A program made the position numbers and the translations under genes. 64,000 nucleotides of DNA from Acidimicrobiia bacterium. GTDB lineage: Bacteria > Actinomycetota > Acidimicrobiia > IMCC26256 > PALSA-555. The notes under the pieces are model-generated. The model was given only the letters and a program-made list of their open reading frames with translations, ran no database searches and was not told the DNA's origin. Positions 25,984 through 35,675 of the stretch are shown here, one piece after another; position 1 is the stretch's first letter, and every line of letters begins with the position of its first letter. The stretch is taken from NCBI GenBank assembly GCA_009694435.1, contig SHUY01000001.1, forward strand, positions 345-64,344, read 5' to 3'.

Positions 25984-27330
25984 CTACGAGCCTGCGGAAG
26001 TAGTCGTGGTCGTGCCCGTCTTGGCGGGAAGGTAGTACGGGTCGTCCAGAGTCGGGGGCCGAGGGTTGTCGGGGAAACAGACTATTGGCTGCCCGGGCTT
26101 ACCGAAACGAGGAACGAATTTTCCGTTGACCGCTTCAACGTAGGCGGCACACGCCTGAGTGTCAGGACCATGACCGTTACTCCAGTTCTGCGGCGGAAGC
26201 ATTCCGTTGGCAGTGAAGGCGGTGAAACTGTTGATTGCATCGACTACCGAAGCCTGAGTGAAGTCTTTGCCCGCTTTCAATAATCCGTCGACGAACATAT
26301 TGGCGTTGATCCAGCCCGCTTGGGATTGCTCGCTAGGAGCAATCCCTTTTTGTTTCATTGCTTTGAGGTAAGCCTTGGCTCCAGCGGGGAGCACCTTTGA
26401 CTGCCACGGAATAAATGCGAAACCAAAAAACCAACCGTTAAGTTGGGAACCGTATTTTTTGATAGTTGATTCACGATAACCTTCAGGGGCGTAAAAAGTT
26501 ACTCCGGTGCCTCCAGCTTGTTTGAGCCCTTGAGATATCTTGAACGCTCCACCAAAATCCATACAAGTAGAAACGAAGTCGACATTTTTATCTTTGAGTG
26601 CCTGAACATCGGCACTTACGTCGCTGAAGCCGAACTCGAGACTCGTGTCTTCGTAGACCAAGTCAATTCCGTATTGCTTAAATCCTGCGCGAGTACCTTC
26701 CGCACAAGCAGCAGAAGAGGAGTGCGTATAGGTAAATAAGGCTGCTCGCTTAGCTCCTTTTTTAAGAGCAACGTACGCGGGACTAATTTGTCCACAACTA
26801 AAGCAAATGAACGAACCCTTTTCACCAAAGAGAGTCGGACGAGGGCAAACTTTGTCGTACTTGCCCGCAGCTATTGCGTCCTCAACCGCCCGATGTTCCG
26901 TACTGGTTCCACACCAGCCAGCGTCAATGTTGAGACCAAAGGTTGGAACATTTTTACTCGCGAGGTAAGCGCTGCCAGCAAACGAATTGGTCATCACCGG
27001 CATAACGGCAAAAACTTTTTTCTCTTCGACTAAAGATCGGGCGGCGCGAATGTTTCCCGAAGGCGAACCCAAGTCATCAAGTTGCGCGACCAGTTTCAGT
27101 TTTTTCCCGTAGACCCCACCTTTTTTATTGATGGTGTCAAAATACGCGTTTACGCCATCAAAGCCGTCGGCGTAGGGAACATTGAGGACGCTCATTGGGC
27201 TGGATAACCCGCCCACTTTAATCTCGGTCGCGGTTACTCCCGGACGACCCGCGCCTTGGGCTTGAGCGGTACTGACCGTTCCCAAACCAATCGTGCTTAG
27301 CGCCACTACCAATACCAGTAGACGTTTCAT
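25984..27330 (-). CDS. ABC substrate-binding protein (Liv/type-1 periplasmic binding fold)
   Basis: 448 aa with the signal peptide MKRLLVLVVALSTIGLGTVSTAQA. RBS AGGGGGG. It is the first gene of the SBP-permease-ATPase-ATPase operon. Confidence 0.85.
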   Translation of the reverse strand: MKRLLVLVVALSTIGLGTVSTAQAQGAGRPGVTATEIKVGGLSSPMSVLNVPYADGFDGVNAYFDTINKKGGVYGKKLKLVAQLDDLGSPSGNIRAARSLVEEKKVFAVMPVMTNSFAGSAYLASKNVPTFGLNIDAGWCGTSTEHRAVEDAIAAGKYDKVCPRPTLFGEKGSFICFSCGQISPAYVALKKGAKRAALFTYTHSSSAACAEGTRAGFKQYGIDLVYEDTSLEFGFSDVSADVQALKDKNVDFVSTCMDFGGAFKISQGLKQAGGTGVTFYAPEGYRESTIKKYGSQLNGWFFGFAFIPWQSKVLPAGAKAYLKAMKQKGIAPSEQSQAGWINANMFVDGLLKAGKDFTQASVVDAINSFTAFTANGMLPPQNWSNGHGPDTQACAAYVEAVNGKFVPRFGKPGQPIVCFPDNPRPPTLDDPYYLPAKTGTTTTTSAGS

Positions 27331-27368
27331 AGCCCCCCTATCAATCAGTTGTGGGCACTCTATCCAAA

Positions 27369-27386
27369 TCTGACGGCCGTGTCAGG
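27369..27386. promoter_or_regulatory. TGAC-N6-GTCA palindrome, copy 5 (TCTGAC-GGCCGT-GTCAGG)
   Basis: It sits in the divergent intergenic region between the Liv SBP gene (start 27330, minus) and the PIG-L gene (start 27432, plus). Confidence 0.5.
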
Positions 27387-27431
27387 GTCACTCGCCTTGA
27401 TCAACTGCCCCGAGGTGGCACAATGTAGCCA

Positions 27432-28244
27432 ATGGCCACTTTGGTTTCTTTTCACGCCCACCCAGACGACGAATGTATTGCCACTGGGGGAACCCTGGCG
27501 GCGGCGGCGTCAGCGGGACATCGAGTAGTCCTAGTTTTAGCCACTCGAGGCGAAGAGGGCGAAATCGCTGATGGGGTAATGGAACTAGACGAATCCCTCA
27601 GCGATCGCCGAGTGGCCGAAACCGCCCGCGCCGCGGCTCGACTCGGAATTGCCCGTACCGAGTACCTGGGCTACCGCGATTCAGGGATGGTGGGAACGCC
27701 CCAAAACGAAGCCCAAGAGTGTTTTTGGCAAGCTGATATCGAAGAAGCCGCCAATCGGCTAGCGGAAATACTGGCTGAAGAACACGCCGATGTACTTACT
27801 GTTTACGACGAAAACGGAGGCTACGGCCACCCGGATCACATTCAGGTACATCGAGTGGGAGTTAGGGCGGCGGAGATAGCAAAAACCCCCCGGGTCTACG
27901 AAGCCACGATGAATCGAGACGCTATTAAGAGATTCGCTATTACCCACCAAGCTGAGGCTCGGGATCGGGGAATCGAAACACCCTTTGAAAACCCTGAAGA
28001 AATAACGATGGGAACGCCCGAGGCAGATATCACCACCACGGTTGATGTCCGCGAGTTCATAGATATCAAGCGGGCGGCCCTAGCCGAGCACGCCAGCCAA
28101 GTCGACGGAAACTCCTTTTTTCTAGCCATTCCAGTAGAAATCTTTCGAGATCTGTTTGGCCAAGAGTGGTTTATTCGGCGAGGCTCCTCCCCCTTCGGCC
28201 AAGACGGGCAACCGGCGCGGGAAACTTCACTTTTCGGTCCCTGA
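27432..28244 (+). CDS. PIG-L/LmbE-family N-acetylglucosaminyl deacetylase
   Basis: 270 aa with the N-terminal metal-binding motif FHAHPDDE and the later HPDH. Confidence 0.85.
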   Translation: MATLVSFHAHPDDECIATGGTLAAAASAGHRVVLVLATRGEEGEIADGVMELDESLSDRRVAETARAAARLGIARTEYLGYRDSGMVGTPQNEAQECFWQADIEEAANRLAEILAEEHADVLTVYDENGGYGHPDHIQVHRVGVRAAEIAKTPRVYEATMNRDAIKRFAITHQAEARDRGIETPFENPEEITMGTPEADITTTVDVREFIDIKRAALAEHASQVDGNSFFLAIPVEIFRDLFGQEWFIRRGSSPFGQDGQPARETSLFGP

Positions 28245-28355
28245 TTTTCTAGGCCGGGGCTCGCTCTTGACAGTGACCCAAAACGATCTAGAGTTCCGGT
28301 GCAACATAAAAAGTTGCTGACCTAAATCAGACCAAACTAACCAAATGGGGGAAAA

Positions 28356-29987
28356 GTGATTCGAACATCTAGAGTGTTAGCCGCAATCGCGGTAGTTGGC
28401 GCAATGGCGCTAGCAACAACAACCGGAGTGGCGAGTGCAAATAATCAAAGTAGCGATCATCGCGCGGCTAGCGGGGGTGATATCACCTTCGGTCTAGAAG
28501 CCGAGTCAAATAGTTTTTGTACGACTAAGGCACAACTGGCCATTTCAGGCATTCAAGTAGTGGCCGCGGTATACGACACACTTACTGTCCCTAACGACAA
28601 GGGCTTGTCAGTTCCTTACCTAGCCAAATCAGTAACTCCTAACTCTGATTTCACCATTTGGACTATTGGTCTGCGTGACGGAGTTAAATTCCACGACGGA
28701 AGCCCAGTCGATGCGGACGCAATCAAGGCCAACCTTGATTCTTTTCGAGGTGCGCCGGGAGCAGCTAACGCAGGATCTCTTCTTCCGATCGTATTGAGTT
28801 TCATGCAAGACGTTACGGTGACAGACCCCACAACGGTAACGGTTACTCTCAACACTCCCGTGTCAACTTTCGCTGACTATCTATTCTTGGTTGGTCGAAT
28901 GGGAATCATGGCACCAGCACAGTTGAACTCAGAAAATTGTGCTACCGACTTGATTGGAAGTGGACCATTTAAGTTTGTTTCACAATCACTTAACGAGAAG
29001 TTGGTCGTGACCAAAAACCCGGACTACTGGCAAAAGGGTTACCCCAAAGCCAATCAGATTACGTTCGTCCCTGTACCTGATAGCGCAGTTCGGGTGAACC
29101 AGCTAAAAGGTGGACAACTCAACATGCTGCACACTTCGGGTGCAGTAGATATCGATACGCTTAAAAATGACTCTTCGGTCAACACTCTGATTCAAAAGCC
29201 GGGTTATCGCGAAATTCGCTACTACGCCATGCTTTCGGACAGTGCCCCGTTTAATAACCCCGAAGCACGTTTGGCCTTTTCCCTTGCGCTGGACCGCAAT
29301 AAAATTAACTCCATCCAAAACAAAGGGTTGTTCACTCCAGCCAATGGGCTGATGGACATCAAGGCTCCGGGCTACCTTAAAAATGCGGGCTACCCGAAAT
29401 TCAGTTTGACTAAAGCCAAAGCACTGGTCACCAAAGTAAAAGCTGCTAACGGTGGAGCGTTTGATGTGATACTCGGAACCACTACTGATCCAACGAACAC
29501 CGCCGAAGCACAACTCGTACAAGAGCAACTGAAAGCGGCGGGAATTGAGGCCACTATTGCTCAGTACGACCAAGCCACCTTGATCAACAAGGCTTTGGCC
29601 GGAGATATTGACGTGCTGTTCTGGCGTAACCTCCACGGTGGTTACTCCAAGTCGTCTGATGCCGACAACTATCCATGGTGGTCGAACTACAACACGCCAG
29701 CGGGCAAGAAGAACTTCATTAACTTCTCCCGCTTTGACGACACCGCCACTCAAGATGCCCTCACCAAGGGACGTACTGAGTCGACTGTGAGCGCGGCCAA
29801 GACCACTTACACCGCCTTTAACAAGGCATTTGCGGCCGGAAACTACATTCTTCCGGCCTGGTACATCAACTGGACTATTGCTAGCCAAAAGAGTGTCAGC
29901 GTCAACTTGCCGGCCTTGCCGGACGGTGGGGGCAAACCACTCTTCGTTTACGGGCGTATTCCCGTACTCGGCTTGAGCAGCAAGTAA
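28356..29987 (+). CDS. ABC substrate-binding protein, family 5 (peptide/nickel, DppA/OppA-like)
   Basis: 543 aa with a signal peptide. It heads a five-gene Dpp-type operon. A TTGACA ... TAGAGT promoter-like pair lies upstream at about 28276..28305. Confidence 0.85.
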   Translation: MIRTSRVLAAIAVVGAMALATTTGVASANNQSSDHRAASGGDITFGLEAESNSFCTTKAQLAISGIQVVAAVYDTLTVPNDKGLSVPYLAKSVTPNSDFTIWTIGLRDGVKFHDGSPVDADAIKANLDSFRGAPGAANAGSLLPIVLSFMQDVTVTDPTTVTVTLNTPVSTFADYLFLVGRMGIMAPAQLNSENCATDLIGSGPFKFVSQSLNEKLVVTKNPDYWQKGYPKANQITFVPVPDSAVRVNQLKGGQLNMLHTSGAVDIDTLKNDSSVNTLIQKPGYREIRYYAMLSDSAPFNNPEARLAFSLALDRNKINSIQNKGLFTPANGLMDIKAPGYLKNAGYPKFSLTKAKALVTKVKAANGGAFDVILGTTTDPTNTAEAQLVQEQLKAAGIEATIAQYDQATLINKALAGDIDVLFWRNLHGGYSKSSDADNYPWWSNYNTPAGKKNFINFSRFDDTATQDALTKGRTESTVSAAKTTYTAFNKAFAAGNYILPAWYINWTIASQKSVSVNLPALPDGGGKPLFVYGRIPVLGLSSK

Positions 29988-30039
29988 CTAAGAACTAAGT
30001 AGGGAAAAGCTCGGTAGGAGACGGATCAGGTTATAGAGA

Positions 30040-31029
30040 ATGGAGCTAACGAAGCTCATAGCGCGACGCGCGGTGCAATTGATCATCGTGCTGTTGTTTG
30101 TGAGTTTTTTTACCTTTCTCCTGGTTCGGCTCTTACCGGGCGACCCGACTGACGTCATTATCCCGTTTGGGACCGCGGCTAAAAAAGCTGAGCTGCGGTC
30201 TGACCTCGGGCTCGGCAAGCCTTTTTTTGAACAATACGCTGATTACCTCAACAACGTTTTGCACGGAAATCTCGGCAAGCAGTACTCCTCGGGTCGCCCA
30301 GTATCAGATCTAGTAACCCAATCATTCCCAGTTTCGATTCAGCTAATGATCTACGCGCAATTCTTAGCGCTGCTTTTTGCCATCCCGCTGGGCATTTACT
30401 CGGCTTATCGAGCTGGATCTCGAGCCGATACGACTATAAACACCACTGGGTTCGCCTTGCTGGCTATCCCCAATTTCGTGGTGGCGCTATTTCTTTCTTA
30501 TTTTGTTGGCGCCCAATTGAAGTGGTTACCTACGGGAGGTTACGCGCCTGGATGGTTAGACCCTTTATTTGACGGAACTCGTGGTGCCGACATCGGCGAG
30601 CATTTCAACTACATGCTGCTACCCGCGATAACTCTGGCCTTAGGTCAAATCGCTATATACATGCGCTTATTGCGCAGCGACATGATTGCCACCTTGCAAG
30701 AAAACTTTATTAGCATGGCACGCTCAAAAGGTATCTCTAATCGCCGGATTCTCTGGCGCCACGCCCTAAGGCCTTCGAGTCTGACCCTTTTGACCGTGGT
30801 CGGCCTCAACGTTGGCGCGCTCATCGGCGGCGCCGTCGTGGTAGAAGTGATTTTCGGCATTCCCGGCATGGGGCTAAAAATTACTCAGGCTATTTTCTCG
30901 CGTGAATATATTGAGCTGCAGGGTTACGTTTTAGTCATTGCGGTTTTATTCGTGTTGATCAACTTCACGGTTGATTTCCTCTACACCATCCTTGACCCTA
31001 GGATTCGCCGTGGAAGATCTGCGACCTGA
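30040..31029 (+). CDS. ABC permease (DppB/OppB-like)
   Basis: 329 aa with the N-terminal RRAVQLIIVLLFVSFFTFLLVRLLPGDP motif and the EAA-loop region ARSKGIS. Confidence 0.9.
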   Translation: MELTKLIARRAVQLIIVLLFVSFFTFLLVRLLPGDPTDVIIPFGTAAKKAELRSDLGLGKPFFEQYADYLNNVLHGNLGKQYSSGRPVSDLVTQSFPVSIQLMIYAQFLALLFAIPLGIYSAYRAGSRADTTINTTGFALLAIPNFVVALFLSYFVGAQLKWLPTGGYAPGWLDPLFDGTRGADIGEHFNYMLLPAITLALGQIAIYMRLLRSDMIATLQENFISMARSKGISNRRILWRHALRPSSLTLLTVVGLNVGALIGGAVVVEVIFGIPGMGLKITQAIFSREYIELQGYVLVIAVLFVLINFTVDFLYTILDPRIRRGRSAT

Positions 31030-31057
31030 CGCCGTACCCGGCGGGTCCGGGTCGGCG

Positions 31058-32032
31058 ATGGAAGAAATCGTTGGGGAGTCAATCAATCGCGGCCTGCTGG
31101 GCGCTCCAGCAGAAATCTCGATTGCGGCAATCGAGACGGGTGGCGAAGGAGAATCTTCGCGCCACAAACTGAGCCTAGGAGCAAAATTCGCCATCGGATG
31201 GATGGTTTTCGTTATTCTCTTCGCGATATTCGCCAAACTAGGAATAATCACTTGGGGCGACCCTAACGAAAGTTTTACTCGGTGTGCCCGCCGCGGTCCT
31301 TTTTCTAAAGAAGGATCTGTTTCAGGGTTCTTGGCCGGTTGTGATAGCAACGGGCGAAACATGATGGCCCGACTAGCCCTGGGCGCTTGGAGCTCACTTT
31401 ACGTTGCTATTGGGGCAATAATTCTAGGCTTTACCATTGGAGGAACGCTCGGCGTTATCGCAGGGTATTTCGGGGGCAAGGTCGACACTTTCCTTACTGG
31501 TTTATTTAATATTTTCCTCTCTATCCCTGGAGTTGTCTTGGCTCTCGCCTTGGTCGCGTTTTTGCAAGGAAGTGCCGAACAAGCTCAAGACGCAATCTTG
31601 TCTCCTGAGTTAATCCTCATTATCGCCATAGGGGTTGTTTCCATCCCCCTCGTTGGTCGAATAGCCCGAGCCAGTGCTCTTAGCTGGACACAGCGAGAGT
31701 TTGTTCTTGCCGCTCGATCTCAAGGAGCGAAACATCGGCGAGTAATAATCAAAGAGGTCTTGCCCAATGTACTGCCCGCCATATTTTCTATCTCGTTACT
31801 GGGGGTTGCGATCGCGATTGTGGTCGAGGGAACACTGGCCATTTTGGGGGTAGGAATCAAACCCCCCACCCCCTCGTGGGGAAATATCATCGCCACCGAC
31901 CGAGGGAATCTTTTCACTTCACCCCATATCGTCTTTGAAGCATCGATGATGATTTTCTTTACGGTGCTTTCGCTCAACATGTTGGGTGATGTCATCCGGT
32001 CTCGCTTTGATGTGCGCGAGGGGGTCCTATGA
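31058..32032 (+). CDS. ABC permease (DppC/OppC-like)
   Basis: EAA-loop ARSQGAKHRRVIIKEVLPN. The ORF track starts at 30971, inside the preceding gene. ATG 31058 is the first start after its stop. Confidence 0.85.
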   Translation: MEEIVGESINRGLLGAPAEISIAAIETGGEGESSRHKLSLGAKFAIGWMVFVILFAIFAKLGIITWGDPNESFTRCARRGPFSKEGSVSGFLAGCDSNGRNMMARLALGAWSSLYVAIGAIILGFTIGGTLGVIAGYFGGKVDTFLTGLFNIFLSIPGVVLALALVAFLQGSAEQAQDAILSPELILIIAIGVVSIPLVGRIARASALSWTQREFVLAARSQGAKHRRVIIKEVLPNVLPAIFSISLLGVAIAIVVEGTLAILGVGIKPPTPSWGNIIATDRGNLFTSPHIVFEASMMIFFTVLSLNMLGDVIRSRFDVREGVL

Positions 32033-33174
32033 GTAAACCTAAGCCCACTGATATAGAGAAACGGGTATCGGCCGCAGGGTCAACCGTTACCCAATCAAGT
32101 GAAACTCTACTTGAGGTTTCTGATCTGACTACCTATTTTCGCAGCAGCCGGGGGCTAGTGCGCGCGGTTGATGGGGTGAGTTTTAAATTAGATCGAGGCA
32201 AGACTTTAGGAATTGTGGGTGAATCTGGATCGGGTAAAACCGTACTCGCCCGTTCAATTATGGAATTGCTGCCCCGATCAGGGTTAGAGCGAAACGGATC
32301 AATTCTTTTTGAGGGAACCGAATTAATTGACTTTGGCCCTAAAGAAATGCGGCCGTACTGGGGAGCGCAGATGTCGATGATTTTTCAAGACCCCATGACT
32401 TCTCTCAATCCGGTTATGAAAATTGGCAACCAGATCAGCGAATCGATACGAGAGCACCTTGATGTGTCTAAGCAGTACGCCAAAGAACTCTCTGAGCAAC
32501 TCCTAGTATCAGTTCGTATCCCTGAAGCCGCCCGACGACTAGATGAATACCCGCATCAACTTTCGGGAGGAATGCGTCAAAGAGTGTGCATTGCGGTAGC
32601 ACTGGCGTGTGGACCGAAGTTGCTTTTTGCCGACGAGCCCACCACCGCCCTTGACGTAACCGTGCAGGCGCAAGTGCTCGACCTGATGGCCACAGCTCAG
32701 AACGAAAGATTCATGGCCATGATCCTCATCACGCATGACCTTGGTGTCGTGGCGGGGCGAACCGACGAAATCGTCGTCATGTACGCCGGACGCATTGTTG
32801 AGCGGGCCGACACCAAGACCCTCTTTTCTAATATGAAGATGCCTTACACCGAAGCTCTGTTGAAGTCGATTCCTCGAGTGGACCAACCTAGTCACTTGCG
32901 TTTGTCCACCATTCCTGGCCGACCGCCCGATCTCGTCAACCCGCCCGAAGGATGTAAATTTGCTCCCCGCTGCGCTTACGCACAAGACCGCTGCACCCAA
33001 GAAGAACCTCCCTTGCGAGAAATAACCCCCGGGCACGAATATCGATGCTGGTTTCCAGTTGGCACTCCGGAGGGAGCGGGTGCACTAGCGAATAACCGCG
33101 CTCAAGGAACTACTGCTACCGGCCTGGTATTTCAAGAACCAGAAGTCGCTACTACTACCAGAGGAGACGGCTGA
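32029..33174 (+). CDS. ABC ATP-binding protein (DppD/OppD-like)
   Basis: Walker A GESGSGKT, LSGGMRQR and FADEPTTALD, plus the C-terminal oligopeptide-ATPase Cys motif. Confidence 0.9.
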   Translation: MSKPKPTDIEKRVSAAGSTVTQSSETLLEVSDLTTYFRSSRGLVRAVDGVSFKLDRGKTLGIVGESGSGKTVLARSIMELLPRSGLERNGSILFEGTELIDFGPKEMRPYWGAQMSMIFQDPMTSLNPVMKIGNQISESIREHLDVSKQYAKELSEQLLVSVRIPEAARRLDEYPHQLSGGMRQRVCIAVALACGPKLLFADEPTTALDVTVQAQVLDLMATAQNERFMAMILITHDLGVVAGRTDEIVVMYAGRIVERADTKTLFSNMKMPYTEALLKSIPRVDQPSHLRLSTIPGRPPDLVNPPEGCKFAPRCAYAQDRCTQEEPPLREITPGHEYRCWFPVGTPEGAGALANNRAQGTTATGLVFQEPEVATTTRGDG

Positions 33175-34208
33175 TGGCAGGAACCGGCGACGCCCACCTG
33201 CGCCCCGAAGAAGATTCACTTTTACGAGTTGAAGATCTAGTAGTTACTTTTTCGGCCGGTTCTAAAAAAGTGATCCAGGCGGTTAGCGGAATTAGCCTTG
33301 ATGTAATCGACGGTGAAACTGTCGGCCTAGTGGGGGAATCTGGGTGCGGTAAATCGACTACGGGCCGAGCCATTGTGCAATTACCTCGACCTGTATCAGG
33401 GAAAGTAATGCTGGACGGGGAAGATTTGACCACCCTTAAAGGAGAGGCCTTGCGCCGGATGCGCCCAGAGATGCAAATGATTTTTCAAGACCCCATCTCG
33501 TCGTTAAACCCTCGACGTAAAGTGCGAGACATTGTTTCCGAAGGGCTTGATATTTGGTCAGTTGGAGACAAAGCCAGTCGAGACGCCAAAGTTGATGAAG
33601 TTCTTAACGCCGTCGGTATAGACCCCGTCAACGGAGATCGGCTCCCCCACGAATTCTCCGGCGGCCAATGCCAACGCATCTCTATCGCTCGGGCCATGAT
33701 CACCAACCCAAAACTAATAATTTGCGATGAACCGGTTTCTGCTCTTGATGTATCGGTGCAGGCGCAGATCATCAACTTATTACAAGATATGAAGACTCGC
33801 TACGGCCTGACCTTAATATTCATTGCTCACGATCTGGCGGTAGTGAAAAATGTGAGCGATCGGGTGGTAGTTATGTATTTGGGCAAGACCTGCGAAGTAG
33901 GAAAGCCTGAAATTCTCTACCGCCAGCCCGCTCACCCTTACACCGCGGCCTTGCTCGCGGCCATACCCGTACCTGATCCAAACGTAAAAGTTTCGACGGA
34001 GAATATCTTAGGGGGCGAAGTTCCGTCGCCAGTTTCACCCCCAAGTGGATGCCGGTTTCGCACTCGGTGTCCTCGGGCAACTGAACTCTGCGCCGCGGAA
34101 GAACCAAAAATGCGCGAGGCCTTTTCTGGACAATACGTCGCGTGTCATTTTCCGCTATCCCCTGGTGAAACGATTGATTTTCACTCGCCCGTGACTGCTA
34201 AGAACTAG
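33174..34208 (+). CDS. ABC ATP-binding protein (DppF/OppF-like)
   Basis: Walker A GESGCGKST, FSGGQCQR and ICDEPVSALD. Confidence 0.9.
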   Translation: MAGTGDAHLRPEEDSLLRVEDLVVTFSAGSKKVIQAVSGISLDVIDGETVGLVGESGCGKSTTGRAIVQLPRPVSGKVMLDGEDLTTLKGEALRRMRPEMQMIFQDPISSLNPRRKVRDIVSEGLDIWSVGDKASRDAKVDEVLNAVGIDPVNGDRLPHEFSGGQCQRISIARAMITNPKLIICDEPVSALDVSVQAQIINLLQDMKTRYGLTLIFIAHDLAVVKNVSDRVVVMYLGKTCEVGKPEILYRQPAHPYTAALLAAIPVPDPNVKVSTENILGGEVPSPVSPPSGCRFRTRCPRATELCAAEEPKMREAFSGQYVACHFPLSPGETIDFHSPVTAKN

Positions 34209-34215
34209 AGGAAAA

Positions 34216-34875
34216 TTAAACAGGATTTCCCCACTGATTAGAAAAAGTAACGTCAGTGGCGGGAAGGCGGGATGCGGGTTTAAAGGTCTCACCCGTGTAA
34301 TAAGCCACCGGCAACAGCGCAGTCTGGGTTATCGAGTCAGGAATATTTAGCAATTCCGCGGTTTCTTTTTCGTACATCAAGTGCAGCGTCGTCCACGCCG
34401 AGCCTAAACCGCGGGCCCGGGCAGCCAGCATAAACGACCACGCGGCGGGAAGAATCGACCCGTAAGTAGAGGCTTGTGCTACTACTCCTGCTTCCTCAAC
34501 TCGACCTTCAACGCACGGAATTACGTGTACCGGGACATTTTGGAGATTTTCGGCCAAAAACCAAGCTGAGTCCACGACTCGAGGGGCGGCTTGGGCGCGC
34601 GGATCGGTAGGAGCGTACTGCGGTGCTCCGGGCATCGACGCGTAAATGAGAAGCGCTTCTTTGTACAGTCGAGCGAGTTCGGCTCGAATCTCTTTATCAG
34701 TAACTACGATAAAAGACCACCCCTGTCGGTTTGATCCGGTAGGAGCCTGCAACGCAATGTCAATGCAATCAAGAATTAACTGTTGAGGAACATCCCGGGT
34801 TAGGTCTAAACGCTTACGCACCGATCGAGTAGTGGTTAGAAGTTCGTCGGCGCGGACAATGTCTATTGAAGTCAC
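34216..34875 (-). CDS. nitroreductase-family protein
   Basis: 219 aa. TTRSVRKRL...APTGSNRQGWSF is the typical N-terminus. Confidence 0.8.
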   Translation of the reverse strand: MTSIDIVRADELLTTTRSVRKRLDLTRDVPQQLILDCIDIALQAPTGSNRQGWSFIVVTDKEIRAELARLYKEALLIYASMPGAPQYAPTDPRAQAAPRVVDSAWFLAENLQNVPVHVIPCVEGRVEEAGVVAQASTYGSILPAAWSFMLAARARGLGSAWTTLHLMYEKETAELLNIPDSITQTALLPVAYYTGETFKPASRLPATDVTFSNQWGNPV

Positions 34876-34952
34876 TTTTTCCTCTCGGCAAAGGTTGTTT
34901 TAGGTTCGTTCATCCTAAACCTAGTGGCTTTAAACCGATCTAGCCACCGCCC

Positions 34953-35633
34953 TTAACCTACGCAGGCCACTTTGTCGTGATTGGCATCAAATCGATGCGG
35001 ATCACTCCCTACCACCACAAAATTGCGGGCGGCGATTTCACCACAATCAAGATCAGGAGGGTATGAAGGTATGCACGGTCCTTGATAGTTAGGATCGCAG
35101 GCCCCAGGTGGAGCAGTCACGAGAGGTTTATTAGTGTCTCGCCGACTCGGGCCGCCACACGCGCCCCAGAGCCCCAGACTCGCGTTGCGAGCGTCGGCGT
35201 TTAACTGCACAAATTCATTGACGTGAGCAACATTTGGAGGATAGGTGTACACAGAAGCAAAACCTTGACGCACCAACTCAGCATTAATGAATAGCCCGTC
35301 GCGCGCTCGGTAGACGTAGGCCAAAGAGCGACCAAACCGGTCACTAGGCTCAACGTCACTGACTAAAACGATTTCAGTACCAGGAGGAATCAACGCCAAG
35401 TGGGCTGCGCTGGCCTCTTGGCCAAAACACTGCACTCCTTTGCGGGGATCTTTGGTCTCGGGGGTATCGATACCAATTAAACGAACCCTGGTTCCGTCGG
35501 TCGTACGGAGAGTATCGCCATCGGTGATACTGGCCACTCGAGTGCTTTGCCCCGGAGGAATTTCATTGCAGCCGTAAAGTACGAATAACAAGCAGGCTAA
35601 AGTCCCGGCTAGTAACCCCGCGCTAAACCTCAC
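34953..35633 (-). CDS. thermonuclease (SNase-like) lipoprotein with Excalibur-like C-terminal tail
   Basis: GTG start. The signal peptide ends in a lipobox-like LYGC. SNase motif GDTLRTTDGTRVRLIGIDTPE. The C-terminus DCGEI...DPHRFDANHDKVAC resembles an Excalibur domain. Confidence 0.75.
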   Translation of the reverse strand: MRFSAGLLAGTLACLLFVLYGCNEIPPGQSTRVASITDGDTLRTTDGTRVRLIGIDTPETKDPRKGVQCFGQEASAAHLALIPPGTEIVLVSDVEPSDRFGRSLAYVYRARDGLFINAELVRQGFASVYTYPPNVAHVNEFVQLNADARNASLGLWGACGGPSRRDTNKPLVTAPPGACDPNYQGPCIPSYPPDLDCGEIAARNFVVVGSDPHRFDANHDKVACVG

Positions 35634-35675
35634 TCCCTTAGTTTATGCACTCCTACTTCGGGTGGGAGCCGAGAT

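Noticed and set aside
29103-29888. A 261-aa ORF antisense to the Dpp-type SBP gene. Similar long antisense ORFs occur at 8658..9290, 32539..33036, 49981..50454 and 49429..49836.
   Set aside because: Each lies wholly inside a well-supported gene on the other strand and has low-complexity, Arg/Ser/Gly/Val-rich translations with no motifs. These are typical shadow ORFs.
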